Virus record (IMG/VR): IMGVR_UViG_3300046713_000096
Location: 1 to 64,000 of that record
From: a virus
Length of the DNA stretch: 64,000 nt
Strand: one strand, 5' to 3'
The notes below the pieces were generated by a model. The model made no database searches, was not told where the DNA came from, and worked only from the letters and a program-made list of their open reading frames with translations. The first letter of the stretch is position 1. Each line of letters starts with the position of its first letter. This document shows, one piece after another, positions 54,786-64,000 of the stretch. The position numbers were made by a program, and so were the translations under genes.

Positions 54786-56703
54786 CTGTCGCTCATCTTG
54801 CGAGACGGATCTCGCAGACACGTGCCAGCACGAAAGTCTCAAGCCCCGGGGCGGCTTACGATTTAGTCACAGGCCCTTGCAGGCCAGCAAGCTTTGGCTA
54901 ACTGTGGCCCCGCTTTCGTGTTTCCGAGGGCTTGCGATCTCGGGGGGACACACGAGGGTCGCGCGGCAGCGGGCCGCTAACCCGCTGTGCCGCGCTTGCG
55001 AACTTCGCGGTCGACTTCGGCCCGGGCACGTCGACGAGCTCGACGATTGCCGCCGTACTCGGCTGCGAGCTTCTTGTATTTCGCCTCGGTCGCGTCGAGC
55101 TCTTGCCGCTTGGCCAGCAAGGCCGCTGACCGCTCGCGTGTCGGGCTCGACGCTGGCGCCTGGCCTGCGACGGCCTGCTCGTCGAATGGCGGCTTGCCCG
55201 GGCGCTCAGTGTCCATTGCGCGGGTCGTTCTCGACCGCGTCGTCGGTCAGCTTGACGACGGGCCCGGGGTGGCCCTGCACGACCGGTGCGATGGGTAGGC
55301 TTCCGACCGAGCTCGTAAGTGCGAGCTCGACCCGGTTCATAGATGCCTTCATGTCGTCGAGATCACGAAGTAGCGCGTCGCGGTTCGACTCGCACGTCGA
55401 CACGTCGACAGCACCGAGGCCCCATCGCATGACGCGACCGACCGCTGTTTGCACTCTGCCGCTCGCCTCGACCAATAGACCGAGCTGCACACCGAATCGT
55501 TCTTCTTCGATCGTCATCATCTTGGAATCCCTCACTCGCGCCGACGATGGCGCTTGCAGAAGATCTGTGTCGCTGACTTTTCGCTCACCCATCCCCACGA
55601 CCACCCCTCGGGCAAAACGACTTTGACCGGGGCAAGTGCGATCGGATGCTGCATCCCGTGAAGCGCGGGCTTCATGCGAAACAGCACAAGCGCGCGCGTG
55701 CGCGCTCGACAACCGGGCACGTCACACAGCGCTATGAACCGCTGCGCGAGCATCGCCTTCGACCTTACGTCGCTCGCTGAAGTTTCGTAACGCATCGCCG
55801 CACGTCGCTGCATCGTGCGGAATGCGGCAGAACGTATCGGCACAAACGTACTTTCGGCAGTGCTCGCACTTGGACACGACGAAGTGATCTTTGCGAACAC
55901 GGCTGCAACACTCACAACTAGGTTTTTTCACGTTTCCTTTTCCTTGCGAGCTTCGCGAGCGCGCTATCGCGCGAGCTCTGCAGCACGCGCAAATCGACTT
56001 CGAGCTTCGAGAGCTTCTTCTCGACCTGTTCGAGCCGGGCAGCTGCACAGATCGGGCACATGCCGTGAAACTCGAATTCGCAGGCCCAAAAACGCGCGCA
56101 CTCGGGGCAGCGTCGCTCGCGTAGTCGGACGATGATCGGTTGAATCTCGATCGCCACGACGAGAGTTACCGCAAACGATCAGACGCCGCTGACTACTTCT
56201 TTCGTTTCCCGCCGCCGCCTTCGTCGCCTTGTCCCCGATCTTTGGGCGGCGGGACGATCGGTGTCGGCAGCTTGCTCGATCGCATCTTCCGACCGTGTGG
56301 CCCTACAATCGGTGTAGCGTCAGTCGACGACGCTACGTTTTCATTTCTCAGCGCCGCCGACACGTTGCCGAAGCGAACCATCGTGTCGCGAACGCCCGCG
56401 TGATAGTGGGCATTGCTCAGCGCGCGCAGCGTCGCGATGACTCGATCACGAATCGAGTCGGGTAGCACTGCGAGCTCGACGCGAAACTCTGCCGCGATCG
56501 AAGCGAGCGCGAGGTGTATGTCGCCGTTGCGGTTCGTCGTCTGAGACACCACGGCTACAGCTTACCCGATCGACTCACCTGCACACTCGACACCGATGGG
56601 GCTGCGCCACGCAAGCGACTTCACGGCCTGCGCTCAAGCCCCGACTTCTGCGACATTTCCCCCTGTTTCGTGCCGAAACTTGCCGCGTTCCTGTTCTCAG
56701 GCG

Positions 56704-57159
56704 TCACTTGTTTGCCCCGCCCTTCACACGCGCCACCATGGCGGCGAACGCGGCCCGGTTGCCGTAGCAGTCGAACACCGTCATAGGGCCCTCGTCGAAG
56801 CGCACGAGGCGCTTGTTGTACGTGATCGCAGTCCGACGCACTTCGGCCCGGCCCCGAAGCCACTCGGCACCGAGAGGCGTCAGGCGCCAGCGCCCATACT
56901 CGACCTGCTCGACGAGCCCCCAATGACGCAACTTGGCATAGTCGCCGTTGCCGTCGCGCAGGCCCTTCGTCGACGTCGTGTGCTGCAGATACATCTTGAC
57001 AAGCGTCACGCACATCTTTCGCGTGATGTGCCTGCGACTCTTGTGCGCTGGCTTCCTGCAGCACGGGCACTTCACTGCGATCTTGCGTTCGAGCCGAGCT
57101 TCGAGCCAGCGCCTACAGAACGCGAGCGTGACTTTCTCGGGGTCATGCTTCGAAGTCAT
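56704..57159 (-). CDS. winged-helix/zinc hypothetical DNA-binding protein
   Basis: CPCC; YAKLRHWGLVE...WRLTPLG. Confidence 0.55.
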   Translation of the reverse strand: MTSKHDPEKVTLAFCRRWLEARLERKIAVKCPCCRKPAHKSRRHITRKMCVTLVKMYLQHTTSTKGLRDGNGDYAKLRHWGLVEQVEYGRWRLTPLGAEWLRGRAEVRRTAITYNKRLVRFDEGPMTVFDCYGNRAAFAAMVARVKGGANK

Positions 57160-57895
57160 CGATCGGAACTACCGAATCGCGCGCGTCGTCGCTGACCTCG
57201 TCGTCATCGTCGTCGCCCTTCGCTTTCTTGAGCCAATCGGCAAACGCTTCGATGTCGATCACGCGCAGCAAGCTCAGCGACGTGTACACGTCACGCGGCA
57301 TCGTCGCGCCGACGGCGCGCTCGATGCGCCGAAGCGCCTTTTGCTTTTTCGTGTTCGGTGACATCTAGCTTGCGACGAAGCGCCTTTCGACCTTGGCGCC
57401 AACCGTCGCGCCACAGCTCGTACATGTACAAGTATAGTCCGGCGCTCATCACCGGGCGACCTTTTACGAGGTACGCGCGAGCCCGCAACGTGCGAACGAA
57501 CCTCTTGCAGTCTTGCCAGCGCTTGGGGTGGCAATCTGCTTTCGAGGCGTCTGCGCTGATCTTCGTGCTCTTCTTCATCGCGTCTCGCATTCCCTTGGCT
57601 AGGTCGCCCATGTCTTTCGTCTGCTGATCGGGGGTGCCTTCGTCGAGATGGTGCTCGCCAGCCGAGACGACGCGCACCGCTGCGCGCGCGACGTGGCGCC
57701 CGTTCGGGCGCTCAAGACAGACGTGGCGCCCGAGCTGACAGAGATCGCAGGCGCACGCCGAAATGACGAAACGTGCTTGACCGGCCAATCCGACTGACTG
57801 CCCCATCGCTCGCAACGCCTTGCCCGTGTACATCACCACGGCACCCGGTCGCAGCTCGCCCGCGAACCGACGAGAGCTCTCGTCGCGCGTGCGCT

Positions 57896-58357
57896 TCAAG
57901 TTCCCTGCATAGGTGTCGGGCTGCATGCCGCCTTCTTTCGCGCGCGCACCGCGCGCCGATTGCATTTGACCGAGCAGTAGATCGCGTCGACGCGACGACC
58001 CTTCACGCAACGACCACAGACCGAGCATGTGCGAGCCGTCTGCTTTCGAGCCTTCTTGCGCCGATAGTAAGCCTGCAGCGAAAGGTGTCGAATCCGGCAC
58101 GCGTCCGAACAATAACGCGTGTTGCCACGGTACGGGCAGAACTGCACCTCGCACCCTTTTCGCTTGCAGGTGATCAGGCCCCGACGAAACATGCGCGTGC
58201 GAAGAGCGCGCAGCGAATGGCGCCTTTTCGCATCGCGTTTGCGCTCGACGTAGTCGCTGTGCCGATGCCAGCCGATGGCCCGCAATCGTTCGGCATGATG
58301 CGACTGTGCATCGCAGAACACCTCGATCACGTCGGCAGTTAGATCAAGCCATGTCAT
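57896..58357 (-). CDS. double zinc-finger protein
   Basis: C...C...YCSDACR and CSVC...YCSVKC. Confidence 0.55.
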   Translation of the reverse strand: MTWLDLTADVIEVFCDAQSHHAERLRAIGWHRHSDYVERKRDAKRRHSLRALRTRMFRRGLITCKRKGCEVQFCPYRGNTRYCSDACRIRHLSLQAYYRRKKARKQTARTCSVCGRCVKGRRVDAIYCSVKCNRRAVRARKKAACSPTPMQGT

Positions 58358-58803
58358 TTTGTGGATCTCGGCACGCGATGCACTCGCCTGTCACAAGACT
58401 GATCGGGCCCGCTTCATGATCGGTCGCGCCGCAGTTGCAACAACAAGGCAGACAGGTCGCGCACCAAAAGATCTCTTCTGGATCGAGCGGACCGGCACAT
58501 GCTGCGCATTCGAGCACGGCCACTCTCACCGCTTCCGCTTCCGCTCGGTCGAGCTCGCGAGCACATGCCGGCGAACGTTCTTCCGGACGTCGACGACCTC
58601 TCGCTTCACTTCGCCCGGATACGGCGGCGGCGGCAAGCGAACCTCGCTCAGCGCGCGCTCAAGCGCCTTGTGCAGCGTCGAGCCTTCGAGCTCGGTCGCG
58701 ACAAACGAGTACAGAGCACACAGCCCTTGCTTGCCGGCTTCGTTCGGATCGCATTCGCTGTTCAGTAGCGCTGCCTGCACTTCTTGAAAAACGGTGTTGT
58801 CGC

Positions 58804-59253
58804 TCATGCTGCACCCTTGTTGTTTTTCACGATGCGAAGATGACCCTTCATCTGTCGCGCCTGATTGCGATCGGCTTTCGCTTTCGCGTTGGCTCGGTGG
58901 CCAGCGTTCGCCAAGATCTCGCGCTGCACTTCGATCGGCGCATCGGGCAACCACACCCGGCCAATGTCTAGCACTGGCGAAGACAGCGCATAGACGAACG
59001 GCCACGGGATGCTGCACCACATGCGCAGGCTCGCGCCCTCGCCAAACGACAGAGTGCCGCTCAGCGCTTCGCTGTCGCACTTCAAGTCATGGATCGGCCG
59101 TGGCAGGTCGAAGCCCCATTCGAGCACGAGGCTAGGCGTCGCGCGCAGGTAGCCCGGCACGACGACTTGTTTCGGGCGCGGATCAAGATGAACTCTCAAG
59201 AGGCCGTGACCCATCCAATTGATCGCGATCTCTGACTTGCTCGGCTGATCCAT
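58804..59253 (-). CDS. sspB: SspB-like ClpXP adaptor
   Basis: VHLDPR...VVVP, DL...LSGTLSF, CSIPWPFVYAL and C-terminal HLRIVK ClpX-binding-like motif. Confidence 0.72.
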   Translation of the reverse strand: MDQPSKSEIAINWMGHGLLRVHLDPRPKQVVVPGYLRATPSLVLEWGFDLPRPIHDLKCDSEALSGTLSFGEGASLRMWCSIPWPFVYALSSPVLDIGRVWLPDAPIEVQREILANAGHRANAKAKADRNQARQMKGHLRIVKNNKGAA

Positions 59254-59607
59254 TGCCGGAAGTACCGGGCGGGCTCGATGGTCGCTGACCGCCCTTCGCG
59301 TTCTCGATCAGCTTCGCGTATTCGCTGCCCGAAAAGACCTCGGGCGCCATTGCGAGCGCGACGACAATCAGGGTGCGGAAGCGCGCAGCCTTCGGCAGCG
59401 CCCCGAGGATCGCGGACACGTGCGTCATGGCCTGCAGCTCAAGCACAAGCATTCCGGGCTCGGCAGCTGGCGGCACGTGCGAGAACAAAGGTGCTTCGAG
59501 CACTTTGCGCAGGCGCTCGACGGCCTGACAAAAGGCCATCATGCACAGCTCATCACGGAACCTGTGATCGTAGGCCGCGACGACGGCGAGTGCGAGCTCG
59601 CGCAAAG

Positions 59608-59940
59608 TCACTTCGCACCTTCTTCTGTCGGTCGAGCGCGCTCGAACTTCCGCTTGTAGTATTCGCTTTGCACTTCGTGCTCGCAGGCGATCGCTGCGTT
59701 CGCGGTCATGAGCGCCTCGCGCACCTTGCGGATCGCTGCCATCTGATCGGCACCGGGCGGTGTGAACTCTGCAATGTACGTCGCGAGTTGCTTGCTCAGC
59801 CGACGAGTCTCTTCGTAGCGCGCTGTTTGGCCCGGTCGTGGCGGATGGTGCATGAACCAGTTGTCGAGATCGATCGCGTCGACGATCGGAACGAACGGGC
59901 GGTCAAGATCACCTTCTTCGGTCGTGTTGCGTGCCTTCAT
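59608..59940 (-). CDS. Acb2/Tad1-like helical hairpin protein
   Basis: NWFMHHPP..GQ..RY..TR...A..I...P....AIRKVREALMTANAAIA. Confidence 0.6.
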   Translation of the reverse strand: MKARNTTEEGDLDRPFVPIVDAIDLDNWFMHHPPRPGQTARYEETRRLSKQLATYIAEFTPPGADQMAAIRKVREALMTANAAIACEHEVQSEYYKRKFERARPTEEGAK

Positions 59941-60764
59941 TGTCAGGGCTCTCGGTGTTGGGGGTTGCCACATCACTTCCACTAGCTACCCGGTCCGGGC
60001 CGCTGTGGCTGAAACTCTCTTGCGGCGCGGTCGGGCCCCGTGCGATACCGAGCCAGCCAAGAGCTCTATGACGATGACATTCGAACAGGCCAAAGCTCGC
60101 GCCTATGGCGTAGCGTTCGGCGCATTTTTTCGTGTGATGCGACGACTCGTCGGCGAGACAGGTATCGCCCGCCTCGCAGGCGACAGCGACGATCACTTCA
60201 CGCTGATCAGCGTCGGCGACGGCAAGGCGTTCGCGGTGCACGTGATGGTCAAGTGCGGCCCGATCTTCAACGCGTCCGAGCTCGACGCAATCATCGACCC
60301 GCCGTCGACGCTCGACCCCACGAAGAACTAAGAGGTGACACTGTGGCCATCACGACGCGGCCCTATATTCGCTGCAACACGTGCCAGCGGAAGAGCTACA
60401 GCGAAAACGACATTCGGCATCGTTTTTGTGGGGCATGTGACAAATTCCACGATGACCCGAGCAGCTACACGCTTGGATCGACCGACCGCGTAGCGTCACC
60501 TGACGAGCTGCATCAGATGGCCAATGCATGCGCGCTGTACCTGACGCAGGCCGAGCTCTCGACCGTGGTGAAAGCGTTTCTCGAATGCAATGACGAGCTC
60601 ATGCGAGAGCTCTCCCTGCAGCACGGCAACGACGCACCGATCACGCCGCTCGATTGGGCGCGGATAATGTTCACGAGCGCACACGCGGCGCTCGCGTCGC
60701 GAGAAGTCGATAACGCGATCAGGCTGTGCTTCGGGGCGCGCAAAGACAAAAAGGAACCGACACC

Positions 60765-61205
60765 ATGACAGAGACGGCCACGCTGAAGTCATATCGCCAC
60801 TACAAAGGGGGCACGTACACGCTTCTGCACGTCGCGCGTAGCAGCGAAGAGCGCGAAACGCTGCTCGCTGTCTACGTCTCGCATCAGACGCAAGCCGTAT
60901 GGGTGCGCCCATGGGTGATGTTCAATGAACCGGTGCGCTGGCCTGACGGCGAGATCCGCGCGCGCTTCTCCGAAATGGCGCCCAAGCGCTGGCGCCTGAT
61001 CGGTCACGACACGCTCGAAGGCGCCGACTATCCATTGACCGAACACGACAGCGAAGAAGCGGCGCAGCGAGCTGCAAGTGAACGAATGCGCATGCTCGAA
61101 AGCACACAGCCCTCGCGCTCGTCGGGCGGGCAAGACGGCATACAAGATCGCGTGTACATCGAGCGCCCTGACGGTTCGCGCTTCCGCTTCGGTGGCACCC
61201 CATGA
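60765..61205 (+). CDS. DUF1653 domain protein with C-terminal extension
   Basis: YRHYKGGTY...SE...VY...WVRP..MF...RF. Confidence 0.85.
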   Translation: MTETATLKSYRHYKGGTYTLLHVARSSEERETLLAVYVSHQTQAVWVRPWVMFNEPVRWPDGEIRARFSEMAPKRWRLIGHDTLEGADYPLTEHDSEEAAQRAASERMRMLESTQPSRSSGGQDGIQDRVYIERPDGSRFRFGGTP

Positions 61206-61639
61206 CGCACACCTATGCCTTCCTCGAAGTGCTTCCCTCGACGTGGCATGACGTCCGCAAGCGTCTCGAACAGGCCGACTACGTTCACGCCTTCCACGAC
61301 AACGCGATCGACATGCACGGGCTCGCGCTGATCGAAATGCGTCGACCGCCATACGAGGGCGAGAGCATCTTCGCGCGAATCGAGCGTGGCGACTATGACT
61401 ACCCAATCGACGACGTCACGGGCGAGGTCGACACGAACGCGATCGAACGCTTCAACCGCGAGGCGCTGCACTTCGTCGGCCTCACCGATCACCCGAAGGC
61501 GACCGAGATCTTCAACTTCTGCACGGGGCTCGTCGCGCACCACGTCGATCTCGACATCAAAGACACCGTCGGGTTTATGCGCAAATACAAGACAGAGATC
61601 GTGCGGAAGCTCGAAACGATCGCCTCGTTCATGCAGTGA
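61202..61639 (+). CDS. hypothetical protein
   Basis: 145 aa, ATGA-coupled; THTYAFLEV...IDMHGLAL. Confidence 0.55.
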   Translation: MTHTYAFLEVLPSTWHDVRKRLEQADYVHAFHDNAIDMHGLALIEMRRPPYEGESIFARIERGDYDYPIDDVTGEVDTNAIERFNREALHFVGLTDHPKATEIFNFCTGLVAHHVDLDIKDTVGFMRKYKTEIVRKLETIASFMQ

Positions 61640-61677
61640 CGCGAACAGGGCGCCTTGCGATGAACGAGGCGCCCGCC

Positions 61678-62118
61678 TCACTGCACGTCGAGTGCGCCAC
61701 CCAAGAGCGCGCGAACTTCAGCGCGCACCGACTGCCGCACCATAAGGCGCAAGCTAAGCGCCAATCGATCCGCGACCTCTTTCTCGTCATTCGGATCAAG
61801 AGCTTCGTGTGTCTTCTGCATGCCGGGATACTTCGCGAGCACAGCGGACGGCACCTTGACGTTGCTCTTCGCGTGCCCATTCGTCGCCGTCTTCGCAACA
61901 ACCTTCGCAGTTGCCGCCTTCTTCGCGGCCTTGCGCTTCTTGCCCTTGGCTTTCAGCTGCGCCTCGAACCTCGCTTGGTGACGAACCTGATGAACGGCCT
62001 GTCGCGAGATGTCGATGCCTTCAGCCTTGCCAGCCGCGATGACCTCGTCGACCGAAGCCGTGGGCCGTGCTCTCACGAAAGCAGCTTTCGACACTTTGCT
62101 TTTTTGCTTCTGCGTCAT
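61678..62118 (-). CDS. basic Lys/Ala-rich putative nucleoid/DNA-binding protein
   Basis: SKAAFVRA.P...EVIAAGKAEGIDIS...VHQVR followed by a histone H1-like tract; start at ATG 62118. Confidence 0.55.
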   Translation of the reverse strand: MTQKQKSKVSKAAFVRARPTASVDEVIAAGKAEGIDISRQAVHQVRHQARFEAQLKAKGKKRKAAKKAATAKVVAKTATNGHAKSNVKVPSAVLAKYPGMQKTHEALDPNDEKEVADRLALSLRLMVRQSVRAEVRALLGGALDVQ

Positions 62119-63370
62119 AACTCTTGGCCTATCCTTTCTAGGGTTTCGGTGTCTATCATTTTGCGCCACGGCTGACAACTTTGCCCCGGGGAACCGACGC
62201 ACATGGCTGAAGACGCTCGCACGATGAAGCTCTACATCCTGCACACCGCAGCAACGCATGAAGAAGTCACCGAGTGCGGCGCATGGCTCGCGACGAAAAC
62301 CGGGCAGCTTGCTGTGTTCGACGAAGCGCCAAGCGGCTACGTCGTCGCAGCGCCCGCCGATACGGTGTGGACGCAGACGCGTTGGCTCGCCGCGATCGCG
62401 GTGCTGAGCGCTTCGCCCTTCGTCTTTCGCTTCGCGCAGCACTTCGCGCCCGGCTTGACGCCGCTGCAAGGCTTCGGCGTCGGATGGATCGCCGCCGTGC
62501 TCGTGTTGCTTCTCGGGCGTAACGCTATGAGAGCGCCATGACCGAACGCTTCTATCGCGACGCCCCCGAGTATCGCGCGGCCGTGCGAGCTCGAAAGCTG
62601 AAGCTCGCAGGTGCCATCGCCTTCGCGTTCATTCTCGGGGGCGCGCTGTGCGCGCTCGGCTTCGCCGCGCTGCGCTTTGGATGGCCATGACGGGCCCCGA
62701 TTGGATCAAGGTCGCTTTTTTGCTTTGGCTCGTCGCGCGGGACTTTTTCGACGGGCCCGCGGACTGGCCTGACGAGCCGGAAGAGTGACGGCGGGGTTAT
62801 ACTGTGACAGCTCGAACGTGTCGCCCGAGAACGCTGCCATCGCCGACACCGCGCCGATCTCGAAGAGCCGTGCGAGCGAATGCGGGTGCGCCGTGATGAA
62901 CTTCAGCAAGCGATCGTAAAAGTCTTCGCTGAAGAGCGCTTGCTCTCGCAGCTCGCCGATCTCAATCACGACTCTCGTTTTCATGACCTTCGTGCGCTTC
63001 ATGGTGTTCCGCCTTTCGGACGACCGATCAGTCATCGTCATCGTCGTCTTGGTGGCGCCCGAACAGATTGTAAACGTTGAGCGCGAAATTCGTGAAGCGC
63101 TCGACCTTTTCGCGTGCCGTGTGCTCGTTCGATGCGTTGCCGGTCATTGCGATGACGGGTTCGCTCTCGACGTCATTGTCGTCGACGTGAATCGTCAACG
63201 ACCAACGATATCGGCTCGTGTTCGGATTCGGCGACTGAGTCTTCGACGCTCGCTCGCCCGATGTCGGTGCCAGCGTCGCGAGCTCAATAGTCTGATTGAT
63301 TCGGTATTTCTTCGACGCCATGTGCGAGCCTTTCACGAACCCGGGGCGGCCCGAGCAGTCTGCAGTTTTC

Positions 63371-63920
63371 GGGTAACTACCTGAACGAGGGTAACTGTAT
63401 GAACGACCGGGCCGACCTCGTCGCGCCAAAGGGGTCGACGGTTCTTCGGGTAACTGCCTGACGGGTCATGCGCCAGCCGTCGACCACTCGCTCAGTAGGG
63501 CAAGCAGGTCGGGGCTCGTGCCGCACGCGGCCCGCCATTCGTGCCACCGGTCGACCAGTGCCGAGACATCGTCGCGCGACGTGACCGGGCACGGTGTCTC
63601 GTTCCACCAAAACCACGTGACGACGAGCACGCTCGACATCTTCGCGCGCGTGTCGAGACAGATGGCCGCTGCATCGTTGACAGTGCCGCCCTTCTTCGCT
63701 TTCCCGCGCCAGTGCCAAACGCCCGCCCGGTCCTGCATCCATTTGTTTACGCCGCCCATTCGGCGAACAGTGCCACGGGCCCGGGGACAGTGCCAAGTCA
63801 TCTGCGTCGCGCGGCCCGACCGACGGCGGACCGAGGTGTCAGCGGTAACGGGTAACTGTTTGAACGAAGGCGCCTTTCGGGTAACTGTTTGAATGACACC
63901 CCGTGGGTAACTGATTGGCG
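63371..63920. repeat. second cluster of iteron-like GGGTAACT repeats
   Basis: GGGTAACT at 63371, 63389, 63448, 63850, 63879 and 63905, all in the same orientation as the origin copies. Confidence 0.8.
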
Positions 63921-64000
63921 GAAAACAGGCCCCGGGGCGGCTTCGGGTTTCATACCCGGGGCCATGCCTGGCACTGTCGCTCGGATTCCCGAACGCGCGT

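Noticed and set aside
7980-58810. ssrA-like C-terminal AA degrons on the portal, lectin paralog A and SspB
   Set aside because: Each arises from an RBS plus GCWGCATGA stop/start overlap with the next gene, which explains the AA ending without invoking a degron.
63371-63920. CRISPR mini-array
   Set aside because: Repeats are only 8-16 bp, degenerate and irregularly spaced, and no cas genes are present.
1-64000. Alternative genetic code or stop-codon readthrough
   Set aside because: Core genes are full length under the standard code, and TAG, TGA and TAA all act as stops.

Overview
The whole window is part of a GC-rich temperate tailed phage genome with a contractile (myovirus-type) tail; no host chromosomal genes are evident. 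Most genes from about 51.9 kb down to position 1 are on the minus strand. In transcription order they are: small accessory genes, excisionase-like gene, attP (3' half of tRNA-Leu(CAA) plus arm-type repeats) beside a plus-strand tyrosine integrase, terminase region, PBSX-type portal, MuF-GNAT fusion, XkdF-like protease, scaffold, major capsid, a methyltransferase-glycosyltransferase-TPR fusion, neck, sheath, tube, frameshifting tail chaperone, tape measure, baseplate, fibres, holin/spanin-like genes, SF2 helicase, an iteron-containing replication initiator and a truncated DnaC-like loader. From 52 to 64 kb lie small early/accessory genes, including an SspB-like adaptor and an Acb2/Tad1-like protein. 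Phage genes on both sides of the att core suggest the unintegrated form. A myxobacterial host is a tentative inference. The best candidate for a new system is in the head module: a MuF protein carrying a GNAT acetyltransferase domain with a tiny coupled ORF, a second protein that copies the scaffold's C-terminal peptide, and a protease whose last motif sits on the scaffold. All family calls come from reading motifs by eye; no searches were run.
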